The position numbers were made by a program, and so were the translations under genes. Under the pieces are notes generated by a model, which was given only the letters and a program-made list of their open reading frames with translations, did no database searches and was not told where the DNA came from. Source: a virus. From it: 64,000 nt of DNA. The stretch spans positions 8,944-72,943 of the IMG/VR virus record IMGVR_UViG_3300027917_000040. One strand, 5' to 3'. Of this stretch, positions 20,401 through 30,300 are shown in pieces (positions within the stretch are counted from its first letter, which is position 1; every line of letters starts with the position of its first letter).

Positions 20401-22710
20401 ATTCCATATGAAGCGGAAATATATCCAAAAACTAAAATTATAAAGTCTGTAGGAGTTGGAACTACTGAAAACCAAATATTCTTGGAATCTGTAAGAACTT
20501 TCTTTGATAGTAATGATGAATACGAAAATATTGGGGTGAATAAACGACCTCAATATGATGTTATTTTGATAGATTCGGATAGAGTTGCTATAGCAGCTAG
20601 TGCTACAGTTTCGGTTAATCCAAATAATCTTAGATTAAACAATATAACTTTAAATTATGGGGGACTTGGTTATTCGCAGGTCCCAGATGTTTCAATATCG
20701 GCTCCTAATTTTGCGGGAATTGGAACAACTTCTAATGTAACAGCAAAAGCAAGTGCAACAATTAAAAATGGAAGAGTTGTAAGTGTAACATTAGATGACG
20801 TTGGTTACGGATATACGACAACCGGATTTAGTCCAAAGGTTTTAATATCTCCGCCAAAAACAAGATACGAATTTATTGATGATGTTGTTTATAATGGAGA
20901 TTTCGGTGTTATAACTGGTGTTGGAACTACCTCAGTTACAAGAGAACCAATTAGTGAAGTTGGATTTACAACAAGTTTCCATGCTACAGGTGCCGAACAA
21001 TTTGGTTATAGGGTATCTGTAGATAGAAGTGGTTCTTCTTTTATTATTGGTTCACCATTTGATGAATTTGTTGGATCGGATGCAACTGGATTGGCGTATG
21101 TTTTTGATTATGATCGAAATACAGAAACAATTACAGGAATTACCACTTTGAGTCCAAGTTATGGTGGTGGTGTAAATGAAAACTATGGGTGGGCAGTTTC
21201 GGTAAGTGGAGATGGAAATATATTTGCTGTTTCTGCTCCCGGTGATGAAATCGTAGGCATTGATAGTGGAATTTTATATGTTTACGAAAGAGTTGGAAAT
21301 AACTTTAATGAACTAAATGCTTTTGAACCAACCACTCCTGGTGCTGGACCAAGAATGCTTGCGGAATCTATAGATATTAGTGACAATGGTTCTATAATAG
21401 TTGCAGGAGCAGCAAATGACGATGCTGGTCGTGTTTACTTATATGAAAGAGAAGGAGTTGGTGTAGGTAATACTTTCTTAAGTTTAACAACTATTGTTGG
21501 TTCAAATGCAGAATCTGGTGATAGATATGGTCAGTCTGTTGCTTTAAATGCCAATGGAAGTAGATTAGTTGTTGGGTCTCCTGGAGAAAACTCAATTTAT
21601 ATCTACAATAGAACAGATTCTACAACTTATAGAGAATCCAAAATTATAACAGATCCAAATTCAAACGATAATGAATTTGGTTTAGATGTTGATATTTCAT
21701 CTGATGGAAATACTATCGTTGTGACAGAAGGAGTATTGGGTTCTCAATATGTCTACATTTATAAATTTGATAACATTAACTTTAAATGGGTTCTATATCA
21801 AACTATTTTACTTGATGAAGAAACTCTTGGAAACCGTATTAGTGTCAGCATAACTGATAACTCAAGAACAATTGTAGTTGGATACAGTGATGCTACAGTT
21901 TCAGGTGTAACACAAGCAGGTAAAACTCTTGTTTACACGCAAAATGGCAACTCTTATACCAATGTTGGAATATTAACTGGATCCGAATCAACAACATCTT
22001 CATCATTATTTGGATGGGATTCTGTAATAAGTGGAAATGGAGAAGTAATTATTATTGGATCACCTAGAAGTGAAATTCCAGGAAATCCTGCAGATTCAGG
22101 TGTTTCATATGTATTCAAAAATCCAACTCCAAACGTATTTGAAAAGAATATTGTGTTTGAATTATATATTCCTGAGGATTCATATTTAAGAAAGCAATTT
22201 GTTGGTGATCCAAGATCTGAGAGTCAAATACAAAAAAATTATTATTTCAAAGTATCTGAATCAAATTTAGGTCTTGTTGGATATGGCATTACTGGATTAA
22301 ATTTATATGATGGATCTTCAACATTTAATGGAAGTCAAAATTTAGACTCTATCTATCAAGTTTCAAATGTAAGCATTGCAAGAACTGAAGTTTATAGTTT
22401 GGATCCAGCAAGAGTTGGAACATCAAGAACAGACGTTGTTCGTGTTACAGTTCCTGTGCTTGATTGGAATGGAATAGACATTCCAAGCGGTGGTGTTGCC
22501 GGAGAAGTGGGTGGACCAGTTGGATTTGGTTATACATATAATAATTATTTTGGAAATTATTCTTGGGGACTTATTTTCGACTTTAAGAGGGGAGGTAGAA
22601 CCACATTTGAATTATATAAAGATGGTGATTCGGGATTATCTACTTCTCCAGATATGTTAAGAGTGAATCCTTTAAAATATGAACAATATACTCCCAATCC
22701 TACTGAATAA
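14464..22710 (+). CDS. giant baseplate-associated structural protein (gp7-like C-terminal part) with two FG-GAP-like 7-bladed propellers, 2748 aa
   Basis: Lies between the gp7-like gene and gp8. IPRGGIIISVG..GYQPLVSAGG, WCKQLVDKVIDG and FGNYSWG motifs, plus 14 FG.SV.IS.DG..I.VGA repeats. Confidence 0.75.
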   Translation: MTIINSGTGFFIGRKFDVQLSAELRHKGDLIFERTFKGNDLSVVDTTNNRLFLNNHFFKTGEKLEYQFPNFENATESNSNAIGIATTSIINVGVSSRVPRTVFAVVLDDQFIQLAQTKEEALRREPKVLNFTNAGIGASHRLIGEKQNTRSLITVDNVIQTPSIDTEIKTTLLEDFSGASDFLLAVGITSFFTGDLIRIGKELMKIELIGAGNTTSMIVRRPILGTGLEDHLAGDEIVKQTGAYQIVGSTIYFPVPPFDKSPTTDLERRDPEDRDYVGLETFSSFNGRVFLRSGFEDTEIGPYDNNFLLDDISNQFLGISTQAILKEKGQNISGFSTGGALVLINNVFQTPDFIDYGLGESSGITTISFTGSKNSNLEDINTASIPRGGIIISVGTNEAYGYQPLVSAGGTANVSGIGTISNISIGYTGSGYRAPEKLVLPTRITYPTFSDSGEFFLEDTEGLFKKLKLLLTGKKSKCLLSVENSVGITNENKNEYTLITSIGAGNSSVIIGNPTDAWDEIEDFSSYRFFADTTVTQSSGIATDIIKVADIAGISTDIGEPTYYLSLTSVANNIEIIGVDDTFKEIKLDQLTDAGFVDNSTVTYSTFRAGITSTRVGDNAIITVTEPNLGLVNIYVNAIKESIATQADYTHQTGIVTITAPGLSVNEGDIVDLRDFIYKCNSGGSLFGSDGGSSNFRVGINSITSNAVSFSVLSAEYDPVSGIATINVGVATGYSSGDKFFIEPESLGFSCTLDANETVSYYPGPNDANYNTQYEIIETTASTFVVDVGQAGSNTSEHTFERISPSSLSNPLEVSTATYDSASGLSTITFTSSHGLVPSDSYDALYVEYTSAGVNAGLTTIAITDTSHPLQIGDKILLSQDSLGFTCDLGPQVTYYPRSTDPLADTFATITSIGATTIEFNAGANGGGTHVFVGVNTNTPKPIKVKNGDYIFLKEEGLTFSCTYSGGGTGSYPRAVGGDGQPDYAYNRLLEVLETPTANQIVVYTGFTEDPTFHAPHTFVSADTDAVRASTGQARYSSGIVTFTTDSDVDNTLVTGNLVLFKETGTLLDDNIFTVTESPFTFNGSINAFSIDTNELNLPSPLTDLNSSGDFVLATISLPSPGYGNEYEILEKLSDNQFMVNVGTTKRRHIYVGGGKVKNLTRSIEPIHIGISTINDGHITEPIITNVGSGFTQFNLFKRLNVVDGYTSGSTELNVADVSGIDTYKDYVTFPESGIPEYRSRILDIDEDNKVLTLDQTIAFNIAQNVKVDILRFDEYDLDIDDPLSYNNLDLIYSNESVPGIGSYAKCDIVIGNDGKLEAFELTRSGYSYGQGEILTVRTGGVTGIPTFSDINVTGISTAIGIFTGSIATLNDRFGFRVATNEDGTRIAVGAPYDELDESETESGVVYMFDRVGDTFTQVGILTGEFASNQDDNFGYSVAMNADGSRIVVGSPLDENPVSGIQSGQAYVFDRTPGPTFTQVGILSATFGQGEDRHGWSVDISSDGEVIIVGAYQDEFPGSSTSSGIVYVYDGSNLDFPLVGIITGSLSDDIADFFGYSCAISPDGGYIAVGALFDEDTNVPSDNFGVAYVYTKVGVGIAQVGILTSPRLSSTKANDYFGYSIDISNNGNIVAVGAIDDASGISGNITGRVYIYEKINNEYYFIQTLTGEFANDNGDRFGESISISDDGRIIAIGAMNDENTLTENESGITYLFERRTQNYLGADYIQVGVQTGTYSYSLTDNFGVSVALSNNGNNLIVGAQYDSYNDVGIGTSGVVYAYDLLSGNIFDEFQVLIDQTFTDDFAGYVFGDLVVFDDISRLFNGKRVEFPIRLRGIQTTLRSRQGSNLDINYNLIIFVNDIYQVPKESYVFDGGSILTFTEPPKQGDKCVIVFYFGTTEVDTRTVDILETIKIGDIVTVNSDNFSLQQDPRTVTDVRSTDIIETNTYVSPGLTLDESLKRPITWCKQLVDKVIDGNVVGKSRIPYEAEIYPKTKIIKSVGVGTTENQIFLESVRTFFDSNDEYENIGVNKRPQYDVILIDSDRVAIAASATVSVNPNNLRLNNITLNYGGLGYSQVPDVSISAPNFAGIGTTSNVTAKASATIKNGRVVSVTLDDVGYGYTTTGFSPKVLISPPKTRYEFIDDVVYNGDFGVITGVGTTSVTREPISEVGFTTSFHATGAEQFGYRVSVDRSGSSFIIGSPFDEFVGSDATGLAYVFDYDRNTETITGITTLSPSYGGGVNENYGWAVSVSGDGNIFAVSAPGDEIVGIDSGILYVYERVGNNFNELNAFEPTTPGAGPRMLAESIDISDNGSIIVAGAANDDAGRVYLYEREGVGVGNTFLSLTTIVGSNAESGDRYGQSVALNANGSRLVVGSPGENSIYIYNRTDSTTYRESKIITDPNSNDNEFGLDVDISSDGNTIVVTEGVLGSQYVYIYKFDNINFKWVLYQTILLDEETLGNRISVSITDNSRTIVVGYSDATVSGVTQAGKTLVYTQNGNSYTNVGILTGSESTTSSSLFGWDSVISGNGEVIIIGSPRSEIPGNPADSGVSYVFKNPTPNVFEKNIVFELYIPEDSYLRKQFVGDPRSESQIQKNYYFKVSESNLGLVGYGITGLNLYDGSSTFNGSQNLDSIYQVSNVSIARTEVYSLDPARVGTSRTDVVRVTVPVLDWNGIDIPSGGVAGEVGGPVGFGYTYNNYFGNYSWGLIFDFKRGGRTTFELYKDGDSGLSTSPDMLRVNPLKYEQYTPNPTE

Positions 22711-22732
22711 TTTCACATAATCAAATAGTCTC

Positions 22733-22739
22733 ATAAATA
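22733..22739 (+). promoter_or_regulatory. T4-type late promoter
   Basis: ATAAATA 18 nt upstream of the gp8 ATG. Confidence 0.7.
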
Positions 22740-22757
22740 CATATAAAAACAAAACAA

Positions 22758-24356
22758 ATGGCTGCAATAATTACTGATCAATTAAGAATATTGAATGCTA
22801 GTAGCTTTTTGGATAAGGTAACTAATCCATCCAATTCTTACTATGCTTTTGTTGGATTGCCAAACCCATTTGATTATAGTTCTACTTGGGATGTAAATCC
22901 ACTTTCTCCCAAAGATAGTTTTCAACAAGAGCATATATCATGGGATACAATGATTGCTTTAAAAAAAATTAAAAATGAAGATACTAAGCAAGTAATTAGA
23001 AAAATTGATTGGATATCTGGTGTAACTTTCGATAGATATCGAAATAATATAGATCGTGATAATCTTTCAGATCAAACGTCAGCTACAAGTTTATATTCTT
23101 CAAATTATTATGTTGTAAATAGTGATTTTAGAGTTTATATTTGCTTAGAAAATGGAGAAGATCCTGAAAATCCAAGCGGAAAACCATCATTAGATGAACC
23201 AAGATTTACAGATTTAGAACCAAGATCAGCAGGAAATAGCGGTGATGGATATGTTTGGAAGTATCTTTATACTATATCTGCTTCTGATGTAATAAAGTTT
23301 GATTCTACTCAATATGTGCCAGTACCAAGAGATTGGAAAAACAATATAGATGTTTCTCTAATTAGAGAAAATGCATCTGAAGGTGGTCAATTAAAAACAG
23401 TCATTGTAAAAAATAGAGGTGTTGGTGTAGGAGAACCTAATAAAGTTTATAGTAATATTCCTATAAAGGGAGATGGAACTGGTGGAACAGTAACCATTGT
23501 TATCAATAATGATCAAAAGGTAGAAAGTGTTACCGTATCTAATGGCGGATCAGGGTATACATTTGGAACAGTTGATGTAGATGCCATATCTTTAAATTAT
23601 ACTGCTATTCCAGAGTTTGAAGTTGTTATTCCACCTAAAGGTGGTCATGGTGCTGATATTTATAGAGAGCTTGGTGCAACAAATGTACTTATATACTCTA
23701 GAATTGAAAATGATGATCAAGATCCAGATTTTATAGTAGGAAATGAAATATCACAAATTGGTATAGTTGTAAATCCACTAGCATTTAATTCTAATGAAAT
23801 TTTAACAAAAGATAAAGCAAGTGCTGTTGGCGCAATAAAATTGGACCCAACAAATATAGATGATGCAATATATGATGCAGATACATATATTACACAAACT
23901 GTAGGACTTGGACAAACAGCTATTGCAAGGGTTATTTCTTTCGATAGAGTTACTGGTGTTATAAAATATTGGAAAGATAGAACCAATTATGGTTTTGATT
24001 ATTCTGGAAATTCAGCGAGCACAATATTTGGATTTTCAGACATAGACTTTACATCCGATCCAGGACCTGGTGGAACATTAAATATTAGAAATTATACTAA
24101 TACGGATGCGATAATTGCCGGAGATACATCAGGTTCTGTTGTTGCAATAGATTCCAATTTTGGAACCAGTTTAGAACCAGGTATAAGTACCTCAATAAAT
24201 AATAGAACATATTACTTAGGTCAACCATTTGTAAAGGGTTTATCGAATCCAGAAGTTCAAAAGTATTCTGGAGACATAATTTATGTAGATAATAGACCTC
24301 CAATTACAAGGTCTAAAAACCAAAAGGAAGATATTAAAGTTATTTTGCAATTCTAA
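22758..24356 (+). CDS. gp8: baseplate wedge subunit gp8
   Basis: MAAIITDQLRILNA, YVVNSDFRVYICL, DGYVWKYLYTI and SGDIIYVDNR..QKEDIKVILQF motifs. Confidence 0.92.
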   Translation: MAAIITDQLRILNASSFLDKVTNPSNSYYAFVGLPNPFDYSSTWDVNPLSPKDSFQQEHISWDTMIALKKIKNEDTKQVIRKIDWISGVTFDRYRNNIDRDNLSDQTSATSLYSSNYYVVNSDFRVYICLENGEDPENPSGKPSLDEPRFTDLEPRSAGNSGDGYVWKYLYTISASDVIKFDSTQYVPVPRDWKNNIDVSLIRENASEGGQLKTVIVKNRGVGVGEPNKVYSNIPIKGDGTGGTVTIVINNDQKVESVTVSNGGSGYTFGTVDVDAISLNYTAIPEFEVVIPPKGGHGADIYRELGATNVLIYSRIENDDQDPDFIVGNEISQIGIVVNPLAFNSNEILTKDKASAVGAIKLDPTNIDDAIYDADTYITQTVGLGQTAIARVISFDRVTGVIKYWKDRTNYGFDYSGNSASTIFGFSDIDFTSDPGPGGTLNIRNYTNTDAIIAGDTSGSVVAIDSNFGTSLEPGISTSINNRTYYLGQPFVKGLSNPEVQKYSGDIIYVDNRPPITRSKNQKEDIKVILQF

Positions 24357-24362
24357 AAAGCC

Positions 24363-27300
24363 ATGCCACAGGAAACTAATTTCAACGTATCTCCATATTT
24401 TGATGATTTTGATAGGAATAATAACTATTATCGGGTTTTATTTAAACCTGGTTATCCTGTCCAGGCAAGAGAATTAACTACTGCTCAATCAATCTTACAA
24501 AATCAAATTGAGCAATTTGGGTCAAAGTTTTTTAAAGAAGGGCAGATAGTTGTACCTGGATCTTTAATTTATGATAATCCAACATATGCAGTCGAAATTG
24601 ATCCAAGCTACAATGGATTGCCAATTTCTTTATATTTCAATTCTTTAATTGGAAAAAAAATTAAAGGATTAAGTAGTGGTGTTACCGCAGAAATTTTTGC
24701 ATTACTAGACGAATCTGTATCCGAAAGAGGCAATAATACATTATACGTTAAGTATCTTGAGAGTGGTGGTGAAGATTTAACTATAAAAAGGTTCCAGGAT
24801 GGAGAAACATTAATTGCTATTGATTCAATAACTTATGGAACAAATAATAAATTTTCAATTCAAATAAATCAAGGAATTTGCAATACAATTTCATCAAATT
24901 CTACCAGTGAAGGAAGTGTAATATCAATATCTGAAGGTGTTTGTTTCACTAGAGGATTGTTCGTTAATTTCAACAAGCAAACTTTAATATTAGATCAGTA
25001 TAGTGTTGAACCTTCATATAAAATTGGATTTGATATTGTAGAAAGAGTTGTAACTTCAGATGAAGATGAATCATTATACGATAATGCTAGAAATTTTTCT
25101 AACTTTACAGCACCAGGGGCAGATAGATTAAGAGTAGAATTATTTTTAGCGAAAAAAGATTTAGAAAGTATAGAAAATGATAGTTTCATCGAATTGATGA
25201 AAGTAGTTGACGGCATACCTTTATTTTCAGACTCAACTTCAGATAAATCCGATGTAATTAATACTGCAAAAACGGAAACATCAAGAGCGATATCTGATAT
25301 TAGTGGTGACTTTTTTGTTAAGTCATTTGATGTATATGTAAGAGATAGTTTGAATGATGGATTATTGAATAATGGTATATTTTTTGAGGATCAATCAACA
25401 GTTGCTGGAAATACTCCCACGGAAGATAAAATAGTTTATCAAATAGGTCCAGGAAAAGCATATATTAATGGATTTGTAGTAGAAACAACATCGGCAAGAA
25501 TTTTAGATGCTTCAAAACCAAGATCTAGTGATACATGTACGAAAGAAGTTGTATCTTATAATGCAGGCGCTTTATATGTTCTGAATAACACTTATGGTTC
25601 TGCAAATATTGGACTTTCAACAAACGCTGTTGTAAGTCTTATGAATGAGCGAATTGGAGATGATGCTCATGTTGCAGCAGGAACTACAATTGGATTGGCA
25701 AGAGTTTATGACTATGTTCCAGAATCCGAATATGAAGATGATTTGAGTAGAATGCATCTGAGATTATTTGATGCACAAACATTTACAGAATTAGAGTTTG
25801 CTAAACCAGTTGTTGTTGAAAGACCTTCTTACTTTAAAGGCAAAAAAACTGGTGCAAGTGCATATGCTTATGATACATTTTCAGAAGTAACAGATATACA
25901 AAATATTGTATTTTCAGATAGTGTTGGTATTAGTACAATATTGTTTGAATTTGATAAGTTAGGAACTGGTAGCGTTGGTGTCGCCACTATTGGTTTGGGC
26001 GATAATACGCCAATAGAAAGTGGAATTAACAATGGTGATTTTATCTATATTGATGGAACTGGAATTCGAGAACTTGATTTTTCAACAGCAGGAAGATTTC
26101 AAGTATCTAATATAGGTGTTACAACTTCTGGTGATTTTGAAATCAGTTTACAATCTTATCCAGATATAACAGGTGCAACCCTAAATTCACCATTCCAAAA
26201 TGGTTATCAAATTGAAAATCTAGGATCCGTTGTAAATGTATCAGTTGCAGCTACTATAAACTCCACATCCCATGGTTTAACTCCTGGTAAAAAAATAGTC
26301 ATAAGAGAAACTTCAAATAATAAATTTAATAAGTCTTGGGTAGTTGACCAAGTTTTTGATGCGAATACATTTAGTTTAGTAGGTGTAACTGCTGAGAATT
26401 ATTTTGAAGGTTTTGTTTCATCTATTGGAGGAGAACATCTTACACTTCTCGATAAAGTAACTCTTTATGAAGTAAGCGGACAATTTGCAAAAGGAGAACA
26501 AATAAACATTAATGGTATTGATGATGGTAGATTAATTACAGACATTGTTGATTATGATCTTAATGATGTAAAATCAATTTTTTCTGATAAAATTGGAATA
26601 TCAACTTTTAATGGTGATGTAGTTCTTGAAAGAACTTCTTCTTTGGCACCTCCAGGAACATTATTTGAAATTACACCCGCAATTGATACGGCAGGAAATC
26701 CAATCGGCGTTTCTACAATATTTGTAACTTCTCAAACAAAAATAACAAGTAATTTAAAGGTTGGGGATATTATAAGTTGGCCAGATGAGACAAAACCATT
26801 GAATTCTGATGGATCTTTCTCACCAACATTTAATAGAGTTACTAGTATCAATCCAAATGGAAAAGAATTTCAAGTTGGAGCGGTTTCTACGGTAACAAAT
26901 TATGTAAATGGTGGTCTTTATGATGGCGGTGAGGGTGGGTTCTCTAATAACTCCCAGAGAACTAACGTAAATAAAGTTTCTAATGCTGTATATGGTTCTC
27001 CCGATGATGAATCTTTATTAGTTAGTTTTAATAATACAGTTTTATCTTCTGTAGATTTAGAAAATAATCAAATACTACAAAGAAGATTATTTAAAAATAT
27101 TGGTTATTCTCAAAACACATTAGAAATAACAATTGACCCTGCTGAAGATAGCATTTTCTTTGCATCTTTTGATGAAGACAGATATGTAATAACATATCAA
27201 GATGGAAGAATAGAGACAATAAGATTTGATAGATTTAATATTTCCGGAGATGGAAAAACTGCAACATTTATTGATTTAAGACAATGTGATCCATCTGGTT

Positions 27301-30300
27301 CTGGATTTGCAGATGTAATTGCGACTGTAGATAATTTTAAACCAAATTCTAAAATTAAGAACTTCAATTCGGCTTCCGTATTAACAGTTAACAGATCTAA
27401 ATTAAAGTCTTCCGGTACTGGAGAAGGTACTTTAAATGATGGATTAACATATAGTAATGTTTATGGAACGAGAGTTCAAGATGAGATAATTTCATTAAAT
27501 GTACCAGATTGTATAAGAGTTATCGGAGTATTTGAATCTTCAAATACCTTAGAAGCATCTCTTCCAAATGTTCAGTTAATAGGATCAACAAATATCAACT
27601 TCCTTGAAGGAGAACATATCAAAGGATCTACTAGTGGTGCAATTGCAGTTTTAGTTAAGAAAAAGAATAGTGATATTTTAGAATATGTTTACCTAAATTC
27701 AAAAACATTTGAAATAAATGAAACAATAACTGGTAAAGAAAGTTCAGCTTCTGCTACCATAAATTCTATCGCAATTGGGGATAAAAATATTACTCAAAAT
27801 TATTCCTTTGATGATGGGCAAAGATCTCAATTCTATGATTATTCAAGAATTGTAAGGGCAAGAAATGTAGAACCACCTAAAGGAAAATTAAAAATAGTTT
27901 TCCAAAATTATGAAGTAAAACCAACAGATAATGGGGAATATTTTACTGTAAATAGTTATCCAAACAGAAACTATAAGCATGATGTTTTATCTTATGATGG
28001 TAAAAGATTAACAGATTATGTAGATATTAGACCAAGAGTTAATAAATACAATTTATCATCACAAAAATCACCATTTGAATTTGGACAAAGAGACTTTAGT
28101 GGTCAAGGACAATCATCAACTTATACTTTAGCTCCTGGTGAAAATTTAAATGTTTGCTACAAATATTATGTTGGAAGAATTGATAAAGTTATTTTAAATC
28201 CAAATGGAGAATTTTCAGTTCTCGAAGGTATTCCATCTATTGATCCTAAAGAACCAACAGAACCAGATGGATCTTTAGTTATTGCAACGGTAAATATACC
28301 TCCATATCTCTTCAACGTTAGTTCTGTCGAAGTTGATGTCGAAAGTCATAGAACATATTCAATGAGAGATATTGCTTCACTTGAAGATAGAATTAAACGA
28401 CTTGAAGAATTTGTTGTTCTTAATACTTTAGAGGTAAAAACTGAGAATCTAAAACTTACTGATGCTGAAACTGGATTAGATAGATTAAAGTGTGGATTTT
28501 TTGTTGATACATTTGCAAATACAAATCTTCATGATGAAGAGGATCCAGAATATAAAATTGCAATTGATGATGAAACCAATGTTTTAAGACCAACTCATTA
28601 TACGACAGCAATTGACATGCAGTTGGGATCTGAAGTTATTGCTGGAGTTGGCGCTACATTTGAACAATTCAAAGATCACGATTTTGTTACAGATTTGGGG
28701 TCTAATGGCATAAGAAAAACGGGCGATCTCATTACATTAAATTATGAAGATGTTGAATATTTCCAGCAACCGTATGCAACAAGAACAGAAAGCGTTACAC
28801 CATTCTTAGTCAAATACTGGACTGGAAGTATAGATTTAAGACCTCCATCCGATAGTTGGATTGAAGAAAGAGAGGAAGTTAACCGATCTTTTAATACGGA
28901 AGTAGAAACACTTCCAAGACTTCCAGATATTAACATTGTAAGAGTTAATAATGTAACTAGAACTAGAAGAGTCTTTAGAAACAGAGTTGTAGTACAAAGA
29001 GGCATTTGGAGAAGAAGATGGATTACTTCAAGAGGTACTTGGTGGAGACGTGGAAGATGGTTGGGAACGAGAAGAAGAAACTGGACGAACAGTAGATTAT
29101 GGAACAGAAGCACAAGAGGATTGTCATCTAGTATTAGACGTGTCAATGGTAGACAAGTAGTACAATTTAGAGCAATAAGAGGTAGACTATCGGATGCAGA
29201 TGCATCTTGGTTGAGAAGAGTTTTACCTAGAGATGTTGCTGATGGTTTTATAACTCAAATTAGGACAAGAAGCAGCAATAGAGCAGTATTCTTACAATTT
29301 GCTCCAGGTGTAGGAAGAGATGTTTTAAGAACGACCACAACTACTTCAACTAGTGTAAGAACCTCATCAAATACAGTAACAACTACAATACCACCTGAAA
29401 TTAATGTTTCAGAAACTGTATCCGAAACATCTTCTAACTTTACAGAACCAACAAGGTTCTTGAGAAGCAGAAATATTGAGTTTGATGTAAAAGGATTACG
29501 CCCCAGAACAAGATTTTATCCTTTCTTTGAAGGTATCGATGTAAAAAATTACATCATACCAAAACTTCTTGAAGTAGAAATGATTCAAGGAAGATTTGAG
29601 ATAGGCGAAACTGTAGAAAGTGATCCACAATTTACTTCTAAAAAAATTAGATTTAGACTTTGTAGACCTGATCACAAAACTGGACCATCTGTGAACCCAG
29701 AAGAAACATTTACAACAATTCCTTACAGACAGACAGAACCTCCTGAAAATTATACAGAATCTTCTGATTATTTAAATGTAGACACAAGATCACTTCAATT
29801 AAATTCTGAGGTTGATTTTTATGGTGAAGTTGCAGTAAATATGAAGATTATCGGTAAGACATCGGGAGCAGTAGCAAGAATTAATAGCATTAGATTAGTT
29901 TCCGATAATGGTGGAAGATTGATTGGAAGTTTGTTCATCCCAGACTCAAAAATACAAGGAAATCCATCTTGGACAAATGGTGATAATACATTTACTGTTA
30001 TTGATACGCCTTCGTTGTCTGAAGCCGCTTCTGGCGATGACAACGTTGTAAGTGAGAGTTCAGCAGAAGAAGAGTTTACTTCAAGTTCTACTACTAATGT
30101 TACAGTAAGAAATATTCTTACTACAAGAAATATTAGAATTAGACCTGCTAGAAATATTAATACAACAACAGTCACAAATATAAGAACAAATACCACCACT
30201 ACGACAAGAAATCGTATCCGCAGAAGAACTGGAAGAATTGTAAGAAGATGGGAAGTTAGAGATCCATTAGCACAGTCGTTCTTCGTAAAAGACGAGACGG

